A stretch of 64,000 nt of DNA from Candidatus Kaiserbacteria bacterium (GTDB lineage: Bacteria; Patescibacteriota; Minisyncoccia; Phycocordibacterales; UBA2100). The position numbers were made by a program, and so were the translations under genes. Where the stretch lies: NCBI GenBank assembly GCA_016217965.1, contig JACRFI010000009.1, positions 3,144 to 67,143 on the forward strand. Reading direction: 5' to 3'. Below, one piece after another: positions 37,961-46,852 of the stretch. Under the pieces are notes generated by a model that was not told the DNA's origin, did no database searches, and saw only the letters and a program-made list of their open reading frames with translations. Positions within the stretch are counted from its first letter, which is position 1. Every line of letters begins with the position of its first letter.

Positions 37961-38728
37961 TTAGATTCCCTTTGAATCATGATCAGGAGGCCTCTGCACA
38001 ATATTTTTATTTATGAGAACGATGTCCGGGCGCGTTCGTAGGAATGTCACAACGTCGAGCGTAGAAAAATCGGGGTTTGTCGGATACAGCGCTTCGTATA
38101 CCGATCTAATCATGTCGTAATCCTCTTTCGTATCGAGCGTGACCCGAAGGTCCGGCCATACGAGAGTAGCCGTAGCCTGTATCGAGCCCACTTTAAATTT
38201 TTCTCGCTGAGAACGAATGGAATACCCTGCGTGTTCGCGGAGTGCCCTTTCGGTATCAACTTCTGCGGCCTTCACCAAGACGGGGAAGGCATACACGCGC
38301 ATCCCAATGCCTATAGGAAATGTCTTATCCAGTTCGCTGTCGGTACAATCGTAACCACCCTCCTCTAGAAGCTCGACGAGTTGGTCTACAAAACGCCAGT
38401 CGATCAAGGGATCGTCAGACATGCCCTGCACGAGAATATCGGCGCCGTGTTCTTTGCCCGCTGCGACGATGCGGCCGAGCACATCTTCCTCGCTGCCACG
38501 GAATACCGAGCAGCCTATTCTTTTGCAGAGTTCTTCGATCGCGTCGTCGGCAGCATTTGTGGTCGTCGCAACAACAACTTCGTCAGTCAATCTACTCCTC
38601 CGATGCCGTTCTACCACATGCTCGAGGACCGGCTTCCCTGCCATGGGAAGCAGCACTTTTCCGGGCAGCCGCGTCGATGTCATGCGTGCCTCGATGGTTG
38701 CAACGACTTTTTTGCCGTTACTTACCAT
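37961..38728 (-). CDS. SpsF-like cytidylyltransferase
   Basis: EARMTSTRLPGKV, RGSEEDVLGR, RVTLDTKED. Confidence 0.88.
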   Translation of the reverse strand: MVSNGKKVVATIEARMTSTRLPGKVLLPMAGKPVLEHVVERHRRSRLTDEVVVATTTNAADDAIEELCKRIGCSVFRGSEEDVLGRIVAAGKEHGADILVQGMSDDPLIDWRFVDQLVELLEEGGYDCTDSELDKTFPIGIGMRVYAFPVLVKAAEVDTERALREHAGYSIRSQREKFKVGSIQATATLVWPDLRVTLDTKEDYDMIRSVYEALYPTNPDFSTLDVVTFLRTRPDIVLINKNIVQRPPDHDSKGI

Positions 38729-39935
38729 AGAACGCTATCGTGTTTTTCAGAATCTTCGCCTGCCTTTCTGCCCTCGCCCAATCCCAGTAGTTCGTTTTAA
38801 ACGCGAGGATTTGGGGCTGTATTTTTTCGGCAACGGGGCACAAGCCGATCTGCCACGGCTGGTGCTTGTGTTTGTATATTTCTCCAAGAACTTTCTCCTT
38901 CCCCCCGAGATTTCTCGTTGGTTTTTGGAACATGGGCTCAAGGTAGGAGAGTTTCCACGTCGCATAAATGCCATCGCCGCCAAGCTCCATGAACTTTTTT
39001 CGAAACAGGACCCATTCTATCGAAGGATCAACAAGCCGCACCGGAAAGGCCCAATAGGAATGCGTCGCGTACGCTGGTGTCTCTTGGACCTTCAGCCACG
39101 AACAATCCCCGATCGCCTCCATAAACAGCTCCGCAACATCGATGCGCCGATCTGCAAGTTCATCGAGGTGTTCGAGCTGCCCTAGCGCGACGGCGGCACA
39201 CAGCTCTGGCATGCGATAGTTGAAACCCATCTGGACATGCCGGTTATAATTCGGATTTTGTATATCATCTTTTTTCACAATACCCTTCGCGCGCGATAAG
39301 CTCGCATAGCCGAGTCCTCCGAAGCGGCGCACCGCATCAGCGAGCTTTGGGTCGTTCGTGCACACGACCCCTCCTTCACCCCCCGTCATATGCTTTGTCG
39401 ACTGCAAGCTGAAGCTGGACATCTGTCCTATGGTCCCCACCATGCGTCCCTTGTATTTTGCCAAATAACATTGCGCATCGTCCTCAATGACAACTAGATT
39501 ATGCTTCTTGGCGATAGCCATGATCTTGCCGATATCTGGAGAAAGGCCATATAAAGCAACCGGCATGATTGCTTTTGTGCGGGGCGTAATGCATTTCTCA
39601 ATTGAAGCGGGGTCGATTTGAAATGTTCCCTCCACGACATCGGCAAATACGGGCATCGCATCTGCTTGAAGTATCGCCATGCATGTCGCCGACATTGTAA
39701 GAGGAGTTGTTATGACTTCATCCCCGGCGCGCACGCCTGCGGCAAAAAGCGCAGAATGGAGAGATGCCGTTCCGTTCACCTGAGCAACGGCATACTTGGT
39801 GCCTACCTTTTTTGCGAATTCCTTTTCAAATCGTCCGAGTATCCCGCTGTTCTTCGAATTAGAGAAATCTGTCGCGAGGACTTCCTCGACATACCTACGC
39901 TCCGCTTTGCCGATACGGCGGATCTTTTTCTTCAT
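38718..39935 (-). CDS. DegT/DnrJ sugar aminotransferase
   Basis: NGTASLH, IEDDAQ, SFSLQSTKHMTGGEGG, GFNYRM. Confidence 0.92.
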   Translation of the reverse strand: MKKKIRRIGKAERRYVEEVLATDFSNSKNSGILGRFEKEFAKKVGTKYAVAQVNGTASLHSALFAAGVRAGDEVITTPLTMSATCMAILQADAMPVFADVVEGTFQIDPASIEKCITPRTKAIMPVALYGLSPDIGKIMAIAKKHNLVVIEDDAQCYLAKYKGRMVGTIGQMSSFSLQSTKHMTGGEGGVVCTNDPKLADAVRRFGGLGYASLSRAKGIVKKDDIQNPNYNRHVQMGFNYRMPELCAAVALGQLEHLDELADRRIDVAELFMEAIGDCSWLKVQETPAYATHSYWAFPVRLVDPSIEWVLFRKKFMELGGDGIYATWKLSYLEPMFQKPTRNLGGKEKVLGEIYKHKHQPWQIGLCPVAEKIQPQILAFKTNYWDWARAERQAKILKNTIAFYGK

Positions 39936-39971
39936 TGCTGCAGGATACCATCGGCCTTCCCTCCCTGCCAC

Positions 39972-41012
39972 TCAAGCGCGTATGCCGTACATTGACCGCA
40001 ATTTCTTAAGTTGCGGCAAGAACTTCTTTGTGTTTTTTAAAAGGGATCCCCTCCCATCCGCAATACCGATAATGGCACGTGGTTTTCGTATGTCATCAAC
40101 AATTATTTCTCCGTATCCGCCGAGGAGACCGAGAGAAACGAGCCGTATGTTATGCCCTTTGATGGAACGGCGGCCAAGTGATTTTCCATAGTGTGCAGCC
40201 GTTTCGAGCAATGCAGAGAAGTTGTGTTTCTGGACCATTGATACGTCGATGCGATACACCACGTACTGCCCCCCTTTCGTTACGTCGCTTCGAAAACATC
40301 CCTTTCCGACATCGATGAGAATGGGCGCAGCGCTTCTATCCAATTCCTTGAGATGCTCACCTCCAATAATGCCGCGCGAATCCGCTGCTGCGATAACTGC
40401 GTTTGCCCCCTTACAGGCGTCTTTGATGCTTTTCGCTGCGCTGATTGGGGAAATTGTGTGTTCCGATTTAATGAGATTGAGGCCGGCTACAATAGTTTTT
40501 AACTTTTTCTGGTCGCGGCGATAGCCTCGCACATATGCACCGCGCTCCACGAGCTTCAACGCGATCTTGGCGCCGATGTTGCCAAACCCTATGACCGCGA
40601 TGTTCTTTCCCCCAACATCACCCGGTATCTGCCCCAAAAGAAAATCAATAGCCTCGACCGTGAGGTCATTGCCTTTGTACGTGACGATAGTCGATTTGCC
40701 CACTGCTTGCCGGACATGCCGCTCAATATTGCCGACATCATTTCTCCCATAATATAATTTCTCGACCTTCTTTTCTGAATCCAGAATGATGTAATCAACC
40801 TTGCCATCCACCATTCTCGCTATCCGGACTGCCGTAGAAACATCGCGGACGATAACCCCGCCATATACAAGCGTGTGTGTTTCCCGTAGCGGCGTCTCGT
40901 AATATCTGCCGCGCTCGAAGAGCCCGGAGGTGTTGCCTATCACAAATCCAGTTGGCCGCCTTCCTGCCCGCGCCTTCACATTTTTTACTATTCTCTCTAC
41001 CTTTTTCTGCAT
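39972..41012 (-). CDS. NAD(P)-binding Rossmann-fold protein of unknown function
   Basis: IAVIGFGNIG, IDVGKG. Confidence 0.65.
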   Translation of the reverse strand: MQKKVERIVKNVKARAGRRPTGFVIGNTSGLFERGRYYETPLRETHTLVYGGVIVRDVSTAVRIARMVDGKVDYIILDSEKKVEKLYYGRNDVGNIERHVRQAVGKSTIVTYKGNDLTVEAIDFLLGQIPGDVGGKNIAVIGFGNIGAKIALKLVERGAYVRGYRRDQKKLKTIVAGLNLIKSEHTISPISAAKSIKDACKGANAVIAAADSRGIIGGEHLKELDRSAAPILIDVGKGCFRSDVTKGGQYVVYRIDVSMVQKHNFSALLETAAHYGKSLGRRSIKGHNIRLVSLGLLGGYGEIIVDDIRKPRAIIGIADGRGSLLKNTKKFLPQLKKLRSMYGIRA

Positions 41013-41025
41013 ACCAGGCTGCACG

Positions 41026-43440
41026 CTAGATACTATCCCACTCTATTGGATGGTCTTTTTGTATCGCCCTCTTTGCGCGCCTGCCGATGACTATATCAAT
41101 ATATTTTGGGAGCACCCCACCACCCGGCCCTTTCACGGCAAGCATGTTCCTCGTTATTTTCTCTTCTTTTTTAATATCAACGGCAGCATACAAGCTCTTC
41201 TTGAAACGATTGATCGTCTCGCGCTCGCTCCCAAGTATCACCTTTTGAGGAGATCCTTTGATAGCAGGAATAAGATTGCTAAGCCGTACGAGTTCCTTCA
41301 TCTCTTCCGGGTCCGACGAAAGTATATGGTCCGGCCCCTCCATGAACCTATCCAATGTAAAATGGCGCTCTATGACTCGGGCGCCGAGGGCGAGGGCAAC
41401 CGATGCTGCGGTAAGTCCTATAGAATGGTCCGAGAATCCAACCGGAACTCCAAATGCCTTTCGGAGAGTTCCCATCACTTCCAAATTCATGTCCTGTGGC
41501 GCCGCAGGGTAGCTTGAGACGCAGTGGAGCAATATGAGATTTTTGTTCCCCGAATCTCGGACGACGTTCACCGCATCTTCAATTTGCCCGAACGTCGACA
41601 TGCCGGTCGAGATAATGAGCGGCTTCCCGGTCTTTGCAACTTTTTTGATGAGCGGCAGATTCACAAGGTCCATTGATGAGATCTTGTAGAACTGGACGCC
41701 GAGAGATTCGAGGAGGTCCACGCTCTTCTCATCGAAAGGCGTCGAGAAGATCTCGATGCCTTTTTTCTTCGCGTGCGCAAACATCGCCTCGTGGTCTTCT
41801 TTGCGCAGCTCGAGCCGAGATAGCATGCTGTGCGTCGACTCTTCGAGCTCTATTAATTCCTCCGCATACCGATTGCCCTTCACTTTCTTAGAAACCCGGC
41901 CGCTTGCTTCGTAGGTTTGGAACTTGACCGCACTGCAGCCAACCTCTTTTGCCTTGTCTATAAGTTCGAGCGCCAAGGCAAGGCTTCCATTATGGTTAAG
42001 CCCGGCTTCCGCAATAATGAACGCAGGATTCTCCGACGATACGACGTGCTTCCCGAGCCTGACCGATTGGTTAAATGAGAATGCCGTGTCCTCCTTGATA
42101 AGCTCGCGACTCTCCTCTCTCTCTTCCGAGGCGAGCCTTTCTGCGAGATCAGTCCCGCGAATATAAAGGATCTGCAAGTCGTCATATCGAAAGTCGCCCC
42201 CTGTCCCGATGCAGTAAAGCTGCTTGAAGCTGGCCAGGCGGCTACGCACCTCGACAAGCTCCGGCTCGCTTCCTCGCACAAGAAGCGGATATACGTACGG
42301 CAGCGAGACTACTGTTGCAGCTTCTAGTTCATCTTCCTTAGCGAGCCCAACTTTGACGATGTCCCGCATCGCGCGCTCTTGTATTTTTTTCGAATCAGAG
42401 GCATCGAGCGAATCTCCCTTTGTGTATGCTATCTCACAGGTAAGGACCGTCTTGTCCTTGGGAAATCCGTTAGCACAGAATTTCTTTTGCTCGCTCACAC
42501 GGTGGAAGAGTATGTCCGGTGCATCGTAGTAGAGGAAATTTGCTTTGCCGGGGATTGCTTCGCGCTTCTTAAGGGCAACAAACACCAATTTCGCACCTCG
42601 ATACCCGAGCGTATTTCTGATGCCAAGCTGTTTTGTGAGTTGCGGAATTGGGATGGTCGAGACGATCGTGTCATGAGGCGAGAGGGCGATCTTTTTTTTG
42701 CCCATCTCTACCCTGCTGATGATGCCATTTGAATGCGTAAAACCCGTCACTGCTGTTTTTAGAAGAAGTGTTCCACCGGCTTTCTTGAATTTCTCTGCCA
42801 TGCGCTCTAACACCTTGCCCGAGCCGTATTTTCCGACGGCACTCCACTGCCCCGCGTGAAAATGTTCATCACTTGTCCTAAATGTCACGCGCTTTGGAGC
42901 CCAGTTTGCGGTCATTTTTCCTATCGGCACGCCCCACAACTTCTGCGGATACCGAATAAAGAAATATTCCATGAGGGTCGGGCCCACCAACTCGCGGACA
43001 TATTCAGCATAGCTTTTTGCCCGCGCCCGGCGAGATTCGTCTAGGCGAGATAGCTCATGCACTATCTTTTTGCGCATCTCCGATGGGAATTTCTTTAAAG
43101 ACTCGAATGAAAGTGGGTAGTCGAAATACTGGTCGAATTTCTCGCCCTTAACATTCTTTCCCCAGAATTCGTTCTTGTGGAACAGGTCGCCATATTCTCT
43201 CTCCCATATTTCTTCCATCTTTTTGTCGGGAGTGTGGTAAATGTGCGGGCCGTAGTCGAGGTGTTTGAATTCCCTCCACGAGAAACTCCCCGCGAGCCCG
43301 CCGACCGCGGCCTCCTTTTCAATGAGGGTGGTTTTGACACCCAACTCCGCGAGCCGAAGTGCCGTTGCAAGCCCACTCATGCCCGCCCCAAGTACATACA
43401 CTTTTTTGGCCTGAGGAGAGTCCGCTTTCCGGCGATTCAT
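41026..43440 (-). CDS. Fusion: FAD-dependent oxidoreductase (UDP-galactopyranose-mutase/PPO-like) + NeuB-family synthase + SAF
   Basis: N-terminal LGAGMSGL..GGLAGS..DYGPHIYH, YVYP, GTGGDFRY; C-terminal IIAEAGLNHNG, LHCVSSYP, GFSDHS, IERHFTLD, GPDH; single 804-aa ORF. Confidence 0.9.
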   Translation of the reverse strand: MNRRKADSPQAKKVYVLGAGMSGLATALRLAELGVKTTLIEKEAAVGGLAGSFSWREFKHLDYGPHIYHTPDKKMEEIWEREYGDLFHKNEFWGKNVKGEKFDQYFDYPLSFESLKKFPSEMRKKIVHELSRLDESRRARAKSYAEYVRELVGPTLMEYFFIRYPQKLWGVPIGKMTANWAPKRVTFRTSDEHFHAGQWSAVGKYGSGKVLERMAEKFKKAGGTLLLKTAVTGFTHSNGIISRVEMGKKKIALSPHDTIVSTIPIPQLTKQLGIRNTLGYRGAKLVFVALKKREAIPGKANFLYYDAPDILFHRVSEQKKFCANGFPKDKTVLTCEIAYTKGDSLDASDSKKIQERAMRDIVKVGLAKEDELEAATVVSLPYVYPLLVRGSEPELVEVRSRLASFKQLYCIGTGGDFRYDDLQILYIRGTDLAERLASEEREESRELIKEDTAFSFNQSVRLGKHVVSSENPAFIIAEAGLNHNGSLALALELIDKAKEVGCSAVKFQTYEASGRVSKKVKGNRYAEELIELEESTHSMLSRLELRKEDHEAMFAHAKKKGIEIFSTPFDEKSVDLLESLGVQFYKISSMDLVNLPLIKKVAKTGKPLIISTGMSTFGQIEDAVNVVRDSGNKNLILLHCVSSYPAAPQDMNLEVMGTLRKAFGVPVGFSDHSIGLTAASVALALGARVIERHFTLDRFMEGPDHILSSDPEEMKELVRLSNLIPAIKGSPQKVILGSERETINRFKKSLYAAVDIKKEEKITRNMLAVKGPGGGVLPKYIDIVIGRRAKRAIQKDHPIEWDSI

Positions 43441-43551
43441 CTGCCATTTTTTACATTAAAAATCAGGCCACGTCAATGGAAATGAACCGCTTGATATATT
43501 CTCAAGAATAGCCGACGGACCATGAAATTCATCAGATACAATGAGGTTTAT

Positions 43552-44544
43552 ATGACCGACCAAGGAACAGCGAAATTCGACAGAGGTTACGCGAAGCAAT
43601 ATGACGCGCTTTCAGGAGATATACGCGCGTATGAGGCGTTTGCCAAGACGCTCGCAGGAAGACTCCTCGATCATATGCCCAACGCCAAAGAAGTATTGGA
43701 GATTGGGACCGGGACCGGAAACTCTGCACTTGTACTTCTGGAGTCAGCTCCCTTTCTCGAACAAGTCTACGGCATGGAAATCGAGGATTTTATTTTGCTT
43801 GCGCGCGCAAAGCAAAAGAATGCGGTGAGTAGGCTCTTTTCCCCCCAACGATCACCTGCCTACAGCCGCGAAGTTCAGGAACGCTTGCAGGCGCACAAAC
43901 ACAAGCTTCATCTTATAAAGGCAAGGGGAGAAGCAATACCGATCAAGGACGGAACCGTGGATGCCGTATTCATGAATCAAGTCTTTCATTGGCTCAACGC
44001 TGAAGAAGCACTGAGAGAGATTGGCAGAGTACTGAAACCGGATGGGCTTCTTGTTTTTGATGAAAGCGAGTTTCAGTTTGACTTTGGCGATACAGTTGAA
44101 GGGCGGCAGATTAAAAAAGAGCAGATCGTTGATCACCCGTTCATAAAACTGTTTCAAAAAATATTTAACCAAGAACTGGAACAGCAGGGTATAGTTGTGG
44201 ACGTCAAGCCATTCCAATATCTTTTTACACTCGACACACTTCGGGCTCTGTTGGAAAAGAATGGGTTCGAAATTGTGCCAAACTCGGCAGGGGATCCGTA
44301 CACAATCACAACTGTTCGTTACAATCTCACGCAGGTAATGAGTTTCGCCGAAAAAGGTGCACGGATGAGAATCATGAGGCAAATGCCAGACCTTCTCAAG
44401 ATGCCTGGTCTTGTCGACAAAATTGTTGCCGCAGCCATGCGAAAAACAAAACGTGAGTGGAGCAAATTGCCGCATCGTGACGAAGGCTTGTACGGACCGA
44501 GCCAAGCAGCATTCGTGGCGCGGAAAATTGTCCACACCGCTTAA
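43552..44544 (+). CDS. Class I SAM-dependent methyltransferase
   Basis: VLEIGTGTG, QVFHW, RVLKPDG; TACAAT and GAGG precede ATG 43552. Confidence 0.8.
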   Translation: MTDQGTAKFDRGYAKQYDALSGDIRAYEAFAKTLAGRLLDHMPNAKEVLEIGTGTGNSALVLLESAPFLEQVYGMEIEDFILLARAKQKNAVSRLFSPQRSPAYSREVQERLQAHKHKLHLIKARGEAIPIKDGTVDAVFMNQVFHWLNAEEALREIGRVLKPDGLLVFDESEFQFDFGDTVEGRQIKKEQIVDHPFIKLFQKIFNQELEQQGIVVDVKPFQYLFTLDTLRALLEKNGFEIVPNSAGDPYTITTVRYNLTQVMSFAEKGARMRIMRQMPDLLKMPGLVDKIVAAAMRKTKREWSKLPHRDEGLYGPSQAAFVARKIVHTA

Positions 44545-44562
44545 CATCTCGATTTGCCAGAA

Positions 44563-45375
44563 TTATTTCTTAGCCAGCGCACAGAGCGCGAGGCCTGCGC
44601 CGGAAGCGTCCTCCGTCTCCGATACATCAGCTAGTTCTTTGGGAGATGAGACACGAGTCCAGCCCTCCGGCGTGTTCTTGAAAAAGAGTTCTTCTGCGAC
44701 ACTGAAGCGCGCGTCCCCCACAAGCTCATTCCAACTCTTCTCCTCGTATTCCCACTCAGAAAAATAAAATCCGAGGCTGTCTTTCATGATTATTGGCCCA
44801 CCCTTTCCCATCGGGACCGTGATGAGCGCCTTTCCGCCCTTCCTCAGCGCTACATGGAAATTGTTCAGCACCTTTCTATTCACTTCCGTGTCACGAGATG
44901 TGTGCACGTCCTCCTTCTTCCGAGGCCTTTCGAACGCGCTTCCCTCTACACTCGTCGAGGGCGCATCGTATCCAATGTGCTCTATGGTTGATATGCACGT
45001 CACGACATCATACTTCTCGTTGGGCAGCTGCATCGAACGTATATCTCCTATCATGATGGGAACCGAAAGAATATCTTCTAACCATTCAGTCGGATACCGA
45101 GATTGAACGCTCTCCGGCTTGATAATGTCCGCAGCTTCGAGCATTACGCCATATTTCTTTTTCGCCTCAAGCAGCATGCCAAGACAGTCTTTGCTCCCGA
45201 GGCTGATGCCAATATCAAGGAGTGTGTCTCCCTTTTTTATGTGAGACGCTATCCAAGGAACTTCGATAGAACGTGACGTCCATCCTTTTCCTCGGAAGCC
45301 AGATGATTCAAACTTTCTCTTCCCACCCAATATCTCCTTTGCCTCTTCAAGGCTCGCTGTTTCTTCTGGATTCAT
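44563..45375 (-). CDS. Methyltransferase-like protein
   Basis: RSIEVPW, LLDIG, CISTIEHIG, LITVP. Confidence 0.75.
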   Translation of the reverse strand: MNPEETASLEEAKEILGGKRKFESSGFRGKGWTSRSIEVPWIASHIKKGDTLLDIGISLGSKDCLGMLLEAKKKYGVMLEAADIIKPESVQSRYPTEWLEDILSVPIMIGDIRSMQLPNEKYDVVTCISTIEHIGYDAPSTSVEGSAFERPRKKEDVHTSRDTEVNRKVLNNFHVALRKGGKALITVPMGKGGPIIMKDSLGFYFSEWEYEEKSWNELVGDARFSVAEELFFKNTPEGWTRVSSPKELADVSETEDASGAGLALCALAKK

Positions 45376-45379
45376 CGCG

Positions 45380-45422
45380 GAAGTATACCCCCACACCTTT
45401 TAGAATAAAAGGTGTGGGGGTA
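45380..45422. repeat. 43-bp palindromic repeat, copy B
   Basis: Identical to 13335-13377. Confidence 0.95.
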
Positions 45423-45434
45423 GCCTCGCGCTTG

Positions 45435-46850
45435 CTATTCCTTTCCTATACGCTCAAGCGCCGATCGCGCAAATGCTTTCATTTCCTCCTCCAGGCTCAT
45501 GCGCAGCACCTTATCACCCACGTTCGTGCGCACCCCAACAGTTTCGAGTGCCTTTAGAAATGCAAGTGCGCCCTCTTTCGTGACTTTTTTTCCCGCCTTC
45601 ACCTCTTCAAAGATCCGCTCGCAATCCTCGACGCTCTGCACTCGCACGACTCCCGGGCAGTCCCGGTACCACACAGCACCGAAGATGAGCGCATGCTTCC
45701 CCCGCACCACTGCCTCCACACCAACGCTGCCCGTGATCGTCGCGACTGCCAGGGACGCTTCGACAAGTTGCCGCACTGGCATATTCGTCGGAACCAGGCG
45801 TACGCGAGGAATGGCAGCAAGGCGACGATAGTAACCTCTGTAACGCGCGCTGCTGTAACGTGTTTTAGTGCGCAAGAGCCACTGCGACGGATGCTCCTTT
45901 ATGTAGAGCTCCCATCCTTCAGGCAGAGCTGCTGCAAGAGTCTCAGCTGCCAATATTTGGTCATGGAATACTCCTCCTTGCGGAGAAGAGCTTCTCTCTG
46001 GCTGGAAGTTGAGCGCAAAAAAGACGAACGGCTTCGTCAGGTCTGCCGGCCGCACCACGTCTCGATATTCACTGCGAAGATCTTTCACGACTGATCGGCT
46101 CACGAAATTCCAAACGAGCGGAAGAAGCGTGCCATTGCGGAGCGCCCGCAAGGCAGCAAAAAAACGGATGCGTGCCAGCGTAAAACCGGCTGCTCGGGCT
46201 TTTTGGTCTTGTATATACCAAATAGGCGTGTCCCCGCGAGATACGATTTCGTTCCAATACGTGTGCATTTCTTCGCCCAAGTCATCCACTGTAATGTTCT
46301 TCTTGAGATTCTCTCGCACCGCAGAAGTAAGTTCTGTATTTCCTTCCCACACATCGCTGTACCCCACGACGCGACCTGCGGCTAACGTCCCCTCAAACAT
46401 CACGCTCCGTATGCCACGAACTTTTGCAAGTTCCCACACCACATTGCTGTAAAGCGAATGGGGCACGTCGTTAAAAACGAGTGCATCAGGCTTCAATCTA
46501 TCGAGAACAGCGCTCCAGTAACTGAGCATCGTGTAGTAGACGTGTTTTCTTTCATCGACAGGCGCACCGTCGTAGTGTTTGTTCATCATCGTCAGGATTT
46601 CTGACTCTAGCCGATACATCGAGGCAATATCGTGCGCGTTCGGAGGAAAAAATACCTCATCCTTGTATGCCTCCGCTGGCTTCGCGTCCCACGCATCGTA
46701 GTGGTCATGGAACACAGTGCCTTTTGGTGTGAGGTGCGACACGGAATGCTCGCCCACCCAGTACACGATCTCGTGTCCGGCGTTCTCGATCTCGTCAAGC
46801 AGAACTTTTATTTCAGGGAGAGAGGTCGGCCAAACGAGCAGTATCTTCAT
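45435..46850 (-). CDS. Capsule-synthesis (KpsS/KpsC-like) protein, putative ulosonate transferase
   Basis: FVFFALNFQPERSS, YIKEHP, TGSVGVEA. Confidence 0.75.
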   Translation of the reverse strand: MKILLVWPTSLPEIKVLLDEIENAGHEIVYWVGEHSVSHLTPKGTVFHDHYDAWDAKPAEAYKDEVFFPPNAHDIASMYRLESEILTMMNKHYDGAPVDERKHVYYTMLSYWSAVLDRLKPDALVFNDVPHSLYSNVVWELAKVRGIRSVMFEGTLAAGRVVGYSDVWEGNTELTSAVRENLKKNITVDDLGEEMHTYWNEIVSRGDTPIWYIQDQKARAAGFTLARIRFFAALRALRNGTLLPLVWNFVSRSVVKDLRSEYRDVVRPADLTKPFVFFALNFQPERSSSPQGGVFHDQILAAETLAAALPEGWELYIKEHPSQWLLRTKTRYSSARYRGYYRRLAAIPRVRLVPTNMPVRQLVEASLAVATITGSVGVEAVVRGKHALIFGAVWYRDCPGVVRVQSVEDCERIFEEVKAGKKVTKEGALAFLKALETVGVRTNVGDKVLRMSLEEEMKAFARSALERIGKE

Positions 46851-46852
46851 GG

